A DNA stretch of 63,371 nt, the filler included, from Chiloscyllium plagiosum (Eukaryota): assembly GCF_004010195.1 (NCBI RefSeq). It is 5 parts of one record of this genome, joined end to end, with 100 filler letters (N's around TTAATTAATTAA, not from the genome) between each part and the next. Parts side by side here need not be neighbours in the genome. Positions count along the whole stretch, not along the records: positions 48,045 to 54,014 come from NC_057714.1; positions 54,115 to 60,576 come from NC_057714.1; positions 60,677 to 63,371 come from NC_057714.1; 2 more parts are not named here. One strand, written 5' to 3'. The stretch's first letter is position 1; each line of letters starts with the position of its first letter. Shown here piece after piece: positions 51,905 through 63,371 of the stretch. The notes under the pieces are model-generated. The model saw only the letters and a program-made list of their open reading frames with translations, had not been told where the DNA came from and searched no databases. The translations under genes and the position numbers were made by a program.

Positions 51905-53755
51905 AACATTGACTGGGACTCCCTTACTGCCAGTGGCATGGATGGGGCAGAATTTGTTGGTGCATCCAGGAGAGTGTCTGAAACAATATGTAAATAGTCC
52001 AATGAGGGAAAGAGTCTTACTAGATCTTGTACTGGGGAATGAGCCTGGCCAGGTGATCAAAGTTTTAGCAGGGCAGCATTTTGGGAACATGATCACAGTT
52101 TCGTTAATTTTAAATTGTTATGGATAAGGATAAGACTGGTCCTCAGGTGAAAGTGCTTAATTGGGGAAAGTAGAATTACAACAGTATTAGGGAGGCACTA
52201 GAGAAATTAGATTGGGGTGTCTATATGAGGGTAAATCCACATCTGACATGTGGGAGTCTTTTAAAAGTTCAAGACCAACATGCTCCTAAAATGACAAAAG
52301 ATAACAATGGCAAATTCGGGAACTCTGGACAACAAAATATATTGAAAGTTTGGACAAAGGGTAAAAAGAAGCATATGTAGGATTCAGAAAACTGAAATCA
52401 GACACAGTACTTGAAGAATGTGAAGGAAGCAGGAAATAACTTAAATAAGGAAATAAGAGGGCCAAGAGGCACTATGAAATGTCCTTGTCAAGAAGGATTA
52501 AGGAGAATTCTAAAGCATTTTATATGTAAGTTAGGAGCAAGACAGTAAGTAGGGAAAGGATAGGACAACTCAAGGACAAAGGAGGGAATTTATGCATGGA
52601 GCCAGAGAAAATGAGTGAGACCCTTAATGAATATTTTGCATTGTTATTCACCAAGGAGAAGGACATGGATGATGGTAAGTTTAGGGAGGGGTATATTGAT
52701 ATTCTAGGGCATGCCATTAAGAAGAAGAAGGAGGTGTTGGTATCTTCAAAAACATTGAATTAGATAGGTCACCAGGGTCCAGTGGGATCTATTCCAGAAT
52801 ACTAAGAGAGGCAAGGGAGGATATTGCTGGGGTCTTGATAGACATCTTTGTATCCTGTTTAGTCACAAGCCAGGTTCCAAAAGACCGGAGAACAGTGAGC
52901 TTTGTTCCTTTGATGAAGAAGGATAACAGAGACAATCCAGGAAGTTATACACTGGTGAGTCTTACCTTAGTGGCAAGGAAATTATGGAGAAGATGACATG
53001 GAAATTGGTGGATAGTGAGAAGATTTTCGAAGGATACAGCACGATGTAAATCAGTTGGAAATTTGGGCAGAGTAATGACTGATGAAGTTCCTTCAAGACA
53101 AGTGTAAGGTGATATATTTTGGGAAGTTAAATGCAAGAGGAAAGTATACAGTAAATTGAAGGATTCTTAGGAGCACTGAGAGACAGAGGGATCTTAGGGT
53201 GCCAGTCATAGCTCTCCTGGAAGGGGCAACCCTTGTGGATAAGGTGGTAAAGAAGACGCACAGCATGCTTGCTTTCATTGGTCAGGAGATTAATATAAAA
53301 GTTGGCAAGTCATGCTGCAGCTGTATGACACCTCAGTTAGGCCACATTTGGAGTTTTGTGTGCAGTTCTGATTGCTACACTATTGCAAGGCTGTGGTGAG
53401 GGTGCAAAAGAGGTTTACCAGGATGTTGCCCAGATTGGAGCCCATTAACTATAAGGAGAAGTTGTCCAATCTTGGATTGTTTTCACGAGAGCATCAGAGG
53501 CTGAGGAGCGACCTGATAAAAAGTATAGAAAGTAATTAGAGGCATGGATAGGGTGGGTAGTTGGATTCTTCTTCCCAGGGTGAAAATATTAAAGAATAGA
53601 GGACATAGGTTTAAGGTAAGAGGGAGGAAAATTTAATGGAGATGTGAGAGTCAAGTTTTTTTATCCAGAGGGTGGTAGGTATCTGGTGAACTAGAAGAAG
53701 CAGATGTTTAAGAGTCATTTCGATAGACACATGAACAGACAGGACATAGAGGAAA
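51905..53755 (+). mobile_element. Old CR1 ORF2 with deletions
   Basis: LLDLVLGNEPGQV and later RT and 3' motifs. Confidence 0.8.
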
Positions 53756-53757
53756 TT

Positions 53758-54014
53758 AGGAGAAAGTGAGGACTGCTGGAGATCAGAGCTGGAGATCAGA
53801 GCTGAAAATGTGTTGCTGAAAAAGCGCAGCAGGTCAGGCAGCATCCAAGGAGCAGGAGAATCGACATTTCGGGGCATGAGCCCTTCTTCAGGAATGAGGA
53901 GAGTGTGCCAAGTAGGCTAAGATAAAAGGTAGGGAGGAGGGACTTGGGGGAGGGGCATTGGAAATGCGATAGGTGGAAGGAGGTTAAGGTGAGGGTGATA
54001 GGCCGGAGTGGGGG
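53758..54014 (-). mobile_element. Penelope 3' pLTR fragment running into gap
   Basis: Reverse-complement similarity to 30900-31112. Confidence 0.8.
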
Positions 54015-54114
54015 NNNNNNNNNNNNNNNNNNNNNNNNNNNNNNNNNNNNNNNNNNNNTTAATTAATTAANNNNNNNNNNNNNNNNNNNNNNNNNNNNNN
54101 NNNNNNNNNNNNNN

Positions 54115-54461
54115 CAGGCAGCCCCAGGAGGCGGTGGGAAGAGGCAGGCCCAGGACGTGGTGAGAACAGGCAGCCCCAGGAGGTGGTGAGAACAGGCAGC
54201 TCCAGGAGGTGATGAGAACAAGCAGCTCCAGGAGGCGGTGAGAACAGGCAGCCCAAGGAGACAGTGGAAACAGGCAGCCCCAGGAGGCAGTGAGAACAGG
54301 CAGCTCCAGGAGGTGGTGGGAACAGGCAGCTCCAGGAGGCAGTGGGAACAGGCAGTCCCAGGAGGCAATGGGAACAGTCAGCTCCAGGAGGCGGTTGGAA
54401 CAGGCAGCCCCAGGAGGCGGTGGGAACAGGCAGCTTCAGGAGGCAGTGAGAACAGGCAGCC
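54115..54461 (+). repeat. 26-bp minisatellite (about 13 units), followed by a retroposon-like 3' end to 54766
   Basis: Unit gaacaggcagc(t/c)ccaggagg(t/c)ggtg(a/g); downstream aataaac(ctaatt)n tail. Confidence 0.95.
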
Positions 54462-56434
54462 TGGCGCGATGATGAGAATAGACAGCCTGAGGATGAGTTT
54501 GGTGCAAACCCGAGACAAGGTCCTGGCATAGTTTGGAGGTGAGACCCAGTGTGGTCTCCTTGTGGGACTGTAATGCTGAACTTTAAAAAAATTATTTATT
54601 GCGACAGACTGTAATGCTGAACTTTTAATTTCAATTTTTATAATTTATCATAAAATCCTGTACCTAGGCAACTTTGTACCTCGATGGCACCATGAGTGCT
54701 GAGTTTGTGAACCTTTCACTGCACGTATGTGATTACATGGAACAATAAACCTAATTCTAATTCTAAACTGAGACCAATCTGTCTGCTTGAGTTGATGTTG
54801 AATATAGAACATAGTACATAGAATATTACAGCTCAGTACACACTCTTCATCCTCGATATTACATTGACCTGTGGAACCAATCTGAAGCCCATCTAACCTA
54901 TACTACTCCATTTTCATCTATATGTTTATCTAAATGACTATTTAAATGCCCTTAAATTTGGCGAGTCTACTACTGTTGCAGGAAGTGTGTTCCACATCCC
55001 TACTACTCTTTGAGTAAAGACACTACTTCTGACATCTGTCCTATATCTATTACCCCTCAATTTAAAGTGATGTCCCCCCATGCTAGCCATCACCATCTGA
55101 GGGAAAAAGCTCTCACTGTCCATCCTATCTAACCCTCTGCTTATNNNNNNNNNNNNNNNNNNNNNNNNNNNNNNNNNNNNNNNNNNNNNNNNNNNNNNNN
55201 NNNNNNNNNNNNNNNNNNNNNNNNNNNNNNNNNNNNNNNNNNNNNNNNNNNNNNNNNNNNNNNNNNNNNNNNNNNNNNNNNNNNNNNNNNNNNNNNNNNN
55301 NNNNNNNNNNNNNNNNNNNNNNNNNNNNNNNNNNNNNNNNNNNNNNNNNNNNNNNNNNNNNNNNNNNNNNNNNNNNNNNNNNNNNNNNNNNNNNNNNNNN
55401 NNNNNNNNNNNNNNNNNNNNNNNNNNNNNNNNNNNNNNNNNNNNNNNNNNNNNNNNNNNNNNNNNNNNNNNNNNNNNNNNNNNNNNNNNNNNNNNNNNNN
55501 NNNNNNNNNNNNNNNNNNNNNNNNNNNNNNNNNNNNNNNNNNNNNNNNNNNNNNNNNNNNNNNNNNNNNNNNNNNNNNNNNNNNNNNNNNNNNNNNNNNN
55601 NNNNNNNNNNNNNNNNNNNNNNNNNNNNNNNNNNNNNNNNNNNNTCTCATTTATCTGTCAACTTTGACCCACAAGCCTCATTCCTGATGAAGAGCTTTTG
55701 CCTGAAATGTCAATGCTCCTGTGCATCGGATGCTGCCTGACCTGCTGTGCTTCTCCAGCACCACACTCTCGACTCTGATCTCCAGCATCTGCAGTCTCCA
55801 TTTTCTCCACTGAAAAAAATTGTTTGTTTCGAGAGTGCAGCTTTCCTTTGCAAAGGAAATTCAGGCAGCTAAAGGTCGCCAAGCATTGCTGAACTTACAT
55901 TACCTGCTACAGCAGGAAAGAAATCTGTGAACAAGGAAATCCAAGAAATTAAAGATCCTCCAGTTTAATGGGATTTCAAGACTTTACACTGTCAAGATCA
56001 GAGTCAAAGTCACTAGTTTGCAACTCAGAGATTTACCATTCATCCAAGTCCAAAGATAACACAATCTGGGAGAATAATTAAAATTCTAGACCATCTGAAT
56101 TCATAATGTTTGAGATTGGCTGTGAGATGAGGTAGGCATAAAAGCAATTTGATATAAAAATGTATATTACGAATGGAACCAAAAGGTTTGAGGGACATTT
56201 TACATAAGAATGCAAGGATCAGGAAAGGGTTAGTATGACGGACTGTCTTAAACACTACCTAGCGTGAAGCAACTTAGAATTTCAGAAGAGTTAGAGCTAA
56301 CATACCCTCCGTAACATGATTTATCATATGAATCCAACATGTAACTAGTAGTTAACATACAATAATCTATATCTTGTTCAACATAAAGGCCTCTCCTAGT
56401 TAGATCAGGAAGAGGTTTTCAAGCACCATATGAG

Positions 56435-57999
56435 GTTCTGGATTAGAGTGGTGCTGGAAAAGCACAGCAGTTCAGGCAGCATCCGAGGAGCAGGAAAATT
56501 GACTTTTCGGGCAAAAGTCCTTCATCAGAAATACAGGCAGAGTGCCTGAAGGGTGGAGAAGTAAATGAGAGGAGGGCAGGGGTGGGGAGAAAGTAGCACA
56601 GAGTACAATAGGTGAATGGGAGTGGGGATGAAGGTGATAGGTCAGAGAGGAGGGTGGAGTGGATAGGTGGAAAGGAAAATAGGCTGGTAGGACAGGTCAT
56701 GGGGACAGTGCTGAGCTGGAAGTTTGGAACTGGGGTGAGGTGTGGGAAGGGGAAATGAGGAAACTGGTGAAGTCCACATTGATGCCATGGGGTTGAAGTG
56801 TTCCAACGCAGAAGATGAGGCGTTCTTCCTCCAGGCGTCTGGTGGTGAGGGAGCGGCGGTGAAGGAGGCCCAGGACCTCCATGTCCTCCGCTGAGTGGGA
56901 GAGGGAGTTGAAATGTTGGGCCACGGGGTGGTGAGGTTGATTGGTGCGTGTGTCCCGGAGATGTTTCCTAAAGCGCTGTGCTAGGAGGTGTCCAGTCTCC
57001 CCAATGTAGAGGAGACCGCATCAGGAGCAATGGATACAATAAATGATATTGGTGGATGTGCAGGTAAAATTTTGAGGGATGTGGAAGGGTCCTTTGGGGC
57101 CTTGAATGGAGGTGAGGGAGGAGGTGTGGGCGCAGGTTTTGCAGTTCCTGCTGTGGCAGGGGAAGGTACCAGGATGGGAGGGTGGGTTGTTGGGGCACGT
57201 GGACCTGACCAGGTAGTCACGGAGGGAACGGTCTTTGCGGAAAGCGGAAATGGGTGGGGAGGGAAATATATCGCTGCTGGTGGGGTCTGTTTGGAGGTGG
57301 CGGAAATGTCGGCGGATGTATGCGAAGGTTGGTAGGGTGGAAGGTGAGCATGGGGGGCGGCGGAGGCGGAGGAATTGGGAATACGGGATGGCATTTTTGC
57401 AGGAGCTAGGGTGGGAAGAGGTGTAATCCAGGTAGCTGTGGGAGTCGGTGAGTTTGTAAAAAATGTCGGTGTCAAGTCATTCATCATTAATGGAGATGGA
57501 GAGGTCCAGGAAGGGGAGGGAGGTGTCAGAGATGGTCCAGGTAAGTGTCAGAGATGGTCCAGGTAAATTCAAGGTCAGGGTGGAATGTGTTGGTGAACGC
57601 TTCATCTTCTGCCTCGGAACACTTCAACCCCAGGGCATCAATGTGGACTTCATCAGTTTCCTCATTTCCCCTTCGCCCACCTCACCCGAGTTCCAGCTTT
57701 CCAGCTCAGCAACGCCCTCATGACCTATCTTCCTTTCCACCTATTCACTCCACCCTCCTCTCTGACCTATCACCTCCATCCCCACCCCCATCCACCCATT
57801 GTACTCTTTGCTACCTTCCCCCACCCTCCTTATTGACCTATCACCTCCATCCCCATGTCAGGGTATTCCTGATGAAGGCCTTTTGCCTGAAACGTCGATT
57901 TTCCTGCTTCTCGGATGCTGCCTGACCTGCTGTGCTTTTCCAGCATCACTCTAATCTAGACTCTGGTTTCCAGCATCTGCAGTCATTGTTTTTACCTAT
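56435..57999 (-). mobile_element. Penelope element with inverted 3' duplication and 12-bp TSD
   Basis: Minus-strand GIY-YIG region (…LEEERLIFCVGTLQPHGINVDF); + strand copy of the 3' end from ~57596; TSD gcaccatatgag at 56423-56434 and 58000-58011. Confidence 0.9.
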
Positions 58000-58117
58000 G
58001 CACCATATGAGACCAAGCAAGCCCTGTAGCTTCTCTCACTTAAAATGGGAAGTGACACAGACAACATCACTTTTCTAATGTGATAATACTGCAATCACAA
58101 TCACAATTTATGTGTTA

Positions 58118-58280
58118 GTCATGGCTTAGCCGGTAACAGACTTGCTTCTGAATCACACAAAGTTCTGGGCTCAAGACGTCTTTCAAGATTTACGCTCAGC
58201 CTTGAGGCTGACCCTCCAGTGCAACACTGAGGGAACATCGCATAGTCAGAGGTATTGTCTTTCAGACACAATGTTAACCT
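58118..58280 (+). mobile_element. Deu-domain SINE (SacSINE1/AmnSINE-like) 5' part
   Basis: tRNA-like head, then ggctgaccctccagtgcaacactgagggaac...gtcagaggtattgtctttcaga matching the recalled Deu core. Confidence 0.65.
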
Positions 58281-58518
58281 GGCACATGCAGCTTGCATGC
58301 TCCTGCCCAGAGTTCATCTACTCCGTCCATTTTTAGTTTTATTTCCCTCCTCAAACTACTTTTTTCTCTCACTTTAATCTACTTACTTTATGTGGAGAGC
58401 AGATTTGTGCAGTGGGGAGGAGATCAGTGCAGGGAGAGTGAACCCAGTGCGGTGGAGGTGGGCCACCGTGGGGTGAGTGAGCCAATGACACGGAGACTAA
58501 GGACCCTTAGCATCTGCA

Positions 58519-60576
58519 GAGGTGGCGAGAACAGGCAGCCCCAGGAGGTGGTGAGAACAGGCAGCTCCAGGAGGCGGTGAGAACAGGCAGCTCCAGGAGG
58601 TGGTGAGAACAGGCAGCTCCAGGAGGTGGTGAGAACAGGCAGCTCCAGGAGGTGGTGGGAACACGCAGCCCCAGGAGGTGGTGAGAACAGGCAGCTCCAG
58701 GAGGTGGTGAGAACAGGCAGCTCCAGGAGGTGGTGGGAACAGGCAGCTCCAGGAGGCGGTGGGAACAGGCAGCTCCAGGAGGCGGTGGGAACAGGCAGCT
58801 CCAGAAGGTGGTGAGAACAGGCAGCTCCAGGAGGTGGTGAGAACAGGCATCTCCAGGAGGTGGTGAGAACAGGCAGCCCCAGGAGGCAGTGGGAACAGGC
58901 AGCTCCAGGAGGCGGTGGGAACAGGCAGCTCCAGGAGGTGGTGAGAACAGGCAGCTCCAGGAGGCGGTGGGAACAGGCAGTCCCAGGAGGTGGTGAGAAC
59001 AGGCAGCCCCAGGAGGTGGTGGGAACAGGCAGTCCCAGAAGGTGGTGAGAACAGGCAGCCCCAGGAGGTGGTGGGAACAGGCAGCTCCAGGAGGTGGTGA
59101 GAACAGGCAGCCCCAGGAGGTGGTGAGAACAGGCAGCCCCAGGAGGTGGTGAGAACAGGCAGCTCCAGGAGTCTGTGGGAACAGGCAGCCCCAGGAGGCG
59201 GTGAGAACAGGCAGCCCCGGGAGGCGGTGAAAACAGGCAACTCCAGGAGGCAATGGGAACAGGCAGCTCCAGGAGTCGGTGAGAACAGGCATCTCCAGGA
59301 GGTGGTGAGAACAGCCAGCTCCAGGAGGTGGTGAGGACAGGCAGCTCCAGGAGGTGATGGGAACAGGCAGCTCCAGGAGGTGATGAGAACAAGCAGCTCC
59401 AGGAGGTGCTGAGAACAAGCAGCTCCAGGAGGCGATCAGAACAGGCAGCTCCAGGAGGCGGTGAGAACAGGCAGCCCATGGAGACAGTGGAAACAGGCAG
59501 GCCCAGGAGACAGTGAGAACAGGCAGCCCCAGGAGGTGGTGAGAACAGGCAGCTCGAGGAGGTGGTGGGAACAGGCAGCCACAGGAGGCAGTGGGAACAG
59601 GCAGCTCCAGGAGGCGGTGGGAACAGGCAGCTCCAGGAGGTGGTGAGAACAGGCAGCTCGAGGAGGTGGTGGGAACAGGCAGCCCCAGGAGGCAGTGGGA
59701 ACAGGCAGCCCCAGGACGTGGTGAGAACAGGCAGCCCCAGGAGGTGATGGGAACAGGCAGCTCCAGGAGGTGATGAGAACAAGCAGCTCCAGGAGGCGGT
59801 GAGAACAGGCAGCCCAAGGAGACAGTGGAAACAGGCAGCCCCAGGAGGCGGTGAGAACAGGCAGCCCCAGGAGGTGGTGAGAACAGGCAGCTCCAGGAGG
59901 TGATGAGAACAAGCAGCTCCAAGAGGCGGTGAGAACAGGCAGCTCCAGGAGGCAATGGGAACAGGCAGCCCCAGGAGGCAGTGAGAACAGCCAGCTCCAG
60001 GAGACAGTGAGGACAGGCAGCTCCAGGAGGCAGTGAGAACAGGCAGTTCCAGGAGGTGGTGAGAACAGGCAGCCCCATGAAGTGGTGAGAACAGGCAGCT
60101 CCAAGAGACGGTGAGAACACGCAGCTCCAGGAGGTGATGGGAACAGGCAGCTCCAGGAGGTGGTGAGAACAAGCAGCTCCAGGAGGCGATCAGAACAGGC
60201 AGCTCCAGGAGGTGGTGAGAACAGGCAGCCCATGGAGTCAGTGGAAACAGGCAGGCCCAGGAGACAGTGAGAACAGGCAGCCCCAGGAGGTGGTGAGAAC
60301 AGGCAGCTCCAGGAGGTGGTGAGAACAGGCAGCTCGAGGAGGTGGTGGGAACAGGCAGCCCCAGGAGGCAGTGGGAACAGGCAGCTCCAGGAGGCGGTGG
60401 GAACAGGCAGCTCCAGGAGGTGGTGAGAACAGACAGCTCCGGGAGGCGGTGGGAGCAGACAGCTCCAGGACGCGGTGGGATCATGCAGCTCCAGGAGGCG
60501 GTGGGAAGAGGCAGGCCCAGGACGTGGTGAGAACAGGCAGCCCAAGGAGACAGTGGAAACAGGCAGCCCCAGGAGG
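58519..60576 (+). repeat. 26-bp GC-rich minisatellite, about 79 units, truncated by gap
   Basis: Period 26 (gaacag at 58529 and 58555); interspersed variant units. Confidence 0.97.
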
Positions 60577-60686
60577 NNNNNNNNNNNNNNNNNNNNNNNN
60601 NNNNNNNNNNNNNNNNNNNNTTAATTAATTAANNNNNNNNNNNNNNNNNNNNNNNNNNNNNNNNNNNNNNNNNNNNGCCTTTATTC

Positions 60687-60714
60687 CTGATGAAGGGCTT
60701 TTGCCCGAAACGTC
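60687..60714 (+). ncRNA. Minimal hammerhead ribozyme motif in Penelope pLTR
   Basis: CTGATGA-A-GGGC-TTTT-GCCC-GAAAC-GTC with fully canonical core. Confidence 0.72.
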
Positions 60715-60789
60715 GATTTCACTGCTCCTCGGATGCTGCCTGAACTGCTGTGCTCTTCCAGCACCACTAATCCAGAACAAGCATAACTC

Positions 60790-61372
60790 TAGGGTGGACA
60801 AAGTTAAAACTCACAACACCAAGTTATAGTCCAGGTTAAATTCACACTCAAGCGCACACACACACACACACTTTCTCCCTCGCATGCACACAGATACACA
60901 AGTCTATGGGGTGAATTTGCTTTTGCAGATACATTCTATTTTGACTCAAAAAGCACACAACCTACTTTAGAAATAGAAGCACTCTGACTCAAGGTTGGTG
61001 TACAAACTCTAACGTCACATCTTTAATACATTGTCTGAGCTGAGATGTCACCTTTTTTTTAAGAAATCTTAAGTTATCTCGAGAATGTGACTTAAAAGTA
61101 GTCTGGAATTTGCATATTAACTGAAATCTGCAATCCATTCTAAAAGATGAAAGATTTAACAGCAATCCAGGTTCGTTCAATACTTTGTTTTAATTGCATG
61201 ACACTGATCTTTTGATATAAATTCTGAGTCTTATGATCCTGTTCCACAGGTACCTGAAGGAGCAGTGTTCCAAAAGCTAGTGCTTCCAAATAAACCTGTT
61301 GGACTATAACCTGGTGTTGTGTGATTTTTAACTTTGTCCACCCCAATCCAACACCGGCATCTCCACATCATG
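60790..61372. mobile_element. Penelope-derived inverted-terminus element (second family)
   Basis: Arms gggtggacaaagttaaaactcacaacacc and ggtgttgtgtgatttttaactttgtccaccc; internal (CA)n; homologous to 9360-9870. Confidence 0.72.
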
Positions 61373-63024
61373 AATAGGGTGTAACTATGCAAAACAAAAC
61401 CTTCTGTGTTGAACAGGCTCACTTTAGTATCCTTGTATTCACTCTGGTAGAATAGCACCTTTATCTTGTTTGAACACCTAATCATCTCCTTATTAAGTGT
61501 TGCTTCAAACATGGTAACAGTTCTGCCAGTCACTTAAACTTTTGTTTTCAGTTTCTCAAATCCCACTCTAAAAGGGAGCCATTTCTGTCAATTGTGTTTA
61601 GACATAATAATCATGTGCACCTTCTTTCAAATCTCAATCTTTTTTCCATACATCATGACCCAGTGCCTTGACAGCTCCAATGTTTCCAATCTCACTACAT
61701 AATTCATGTACAGCCGTTCTTGGAACGTTTTTCCTGCAATCTCTCTAAATTCAGTGCAGGTCTGGACACAGTAATCTAGTTGATGCTGAGCCAGTGTTTT
61801 ATAATAACTCTTTTGCTTTTTGTACACTATGCTTCAAGTTATAAAGCCCTATACCTTAATTAACTATTCTCAACCTGCCCTCCCACCTTCCACAACTGGC
61901 TAACACTCATCTACATCTCTCTTGCAGTTTTTATAACTGGACCAGTTGGATTATATTGTTGCTTCTCTTTCTTTCAACCAAAATTGTATTAGTTAACAGG
62001 CTTCAGATAAAACTTCCTTTGTCACCTGTCCAATCACTTCATCAGTTCACAGTAGATCCAGGTTTAGCATTATCTTCAAATGTTGCAGGATATACCCTAA
62101 CACCTATTTTTGAACAACAGCACACATTTGCAATTCTCCAATTCCCTGACACAACCAAACTATCCAAGGTGATTTTAAAAATCTTGCCTAGTCTCACTAT
62201 AATTTCCGCCCCAACCTCAAATAGATTTTTCTTATTCAGAGTGGGTGACTTATTATCTTTAAAGAACCAATCAAATATCTCTTTTTCATTTTTAAGCCAT
62301 CCACTTCCTCAGTTACATTCATTGTGATGCTGACACCTTCTTTGTTGGAATAGATAAGTAAATAACTCAATTCATACCTCTGCCATGCCTTATTTCCATG
62401 CATAGGTCCCTGTTTTTCATCCTCCATCATCCTCATACATCCTTTAATTATCCTTTTACTAGTTTTACGCTTTCTCTATAACTAATCTAAAGTAGATACT
62501 GGATCATTTTTCCTACATGTTTTCCTACTGACATTTGATTCCTCATTTCCCACCACCAGATCCAGCAATGCCATCTTCCCGATTGGATTTTTGTGCGATT
62601 AATCAAAAGGAGTAGTTCCAAGAGACCAGATCCATATAAGTTTGAGCCCCTTACAGCAGTACGGTCAAAAACACTTCTGTCCCAAACACCTGGATTGCTT
62701 TTGTACCATGGTGTTACAAATGGCAAAAATACAAGGTTCAACTTCAGTCAAAGTTTAATTAATGGTCTTGTAAACCTGGTGCCGGAAAAGCACAGCCGGT
62801 CAGGCAGCATCCGTGGGGCTGGAGAGTCCACCGTTCAACCATAAGCTCTGCATCATCTGCTGCCCTCACTTCCTGCTCGTCTTGTAAACTTGCCCAGCAA
62901 GTTACACTCCTGTTGTTCGGTCATACATAGGACTATATCAACATCTAAAGTGCTGCTGAAAATTCTAGTTGCAAAAGTCCATTTTAAAATTGAAGCTATC
63001 TAGCAGAAGCTGGATTCAACACAG

Positions 63025-63371
63025 ACAGAGTCCTAGACATGTACAGCACAGAAACAGACCCTTTGGTCCAACTGGTCCATGCCAACGAGTTATCCCAACC
63101 CAATCTAGCCCCACCTGCCAGCACCTGACCCATATCCCTCCAAACTCTTCCTATTCATATACCTATCCAGATGCCTTTTAAGTGTTGCAATTGTACCAGC
63201 CTCCACCACTTCCTCTGGCAGCTCAGTCCATACACGTACCACCCTCTGTGTGAAAAAGTTGCCCTGTAGGTCTCTTTTATATCTTTCTCCTCTCACCTTA
63301 AACCTATGCCCTCTAGTTCTGGACTCTCCCACACCAGGGAAAAGACTTTGTCTATTTATCCTATTCATGCC
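63025..63371 (-). mobile_element. CR1 3' end, continuing beyond the window
   Basis: Same 3' UTR and ORF2 end as other young CR1 copies. Confidence 0.9.

Noticed and set aside
58424..60545. Long ORFs (686, 537, 369 aa) with Cys/His/Pro-rich repeats
   Set aside because: Translations of a 26-bp minisatellite that lacks stops on the minus strand; open in several frames, period not a multiple of 3.
58519..60576. CRISPR-like regular repeat array
   Set aside because: Head-to-tail units without unique spacers, no cas genes, vertebrate context.

Overview
Eukaryotic, repeat-dense genomic DNA from a cartilaginous fish (elasmobranch, judged by HE1/V-SINEs, a Deu-domain SINE and abundant CR1 LINEs), made of seven contigs separated by six N-gaps. 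Most ORF-track entries are retroelement fragments or noise. The real genes are spliced exons on the minus strand. Five consecutive in-frame GRB10 exons (12503->5884; 148 codons covering the end of the PH domain, BPS and most of the SH2 domain) are all absent from the ORF track. There is also one cordon-bleu (COBL) KRAP-motif exon (37946->37758) and a weak candidate 72-nt exon. The rest of COBL and the RA/PH exons of GRB10 are not visible, although the two genes sit only about 25 kb apart in compatible splice phase. This is most likely an assembly misjoin at the 18.8-kb gap, but it is formally a testable COBL-GRB10 chimera. Mobile DNA includes a young L1-like 3' end, Gmr1-type Gypsy remnants (integrase before RT; SCAN-like gag), a solo LTR with TSD, Penelope elements and hairpin derivatives carrying at least a dozen hammerhead-ribozyme motifs of three families, Tigger-like MITEs, Harbinger remnants, an RTE remnant and a 26-bp minisatellite whose split arrangement shows that two contigs are mis-ordered. 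No prokaryotic-type system (CRISPR etc.) is present. All family assignments come from motif recognition and recalled sequences, not from database searches.
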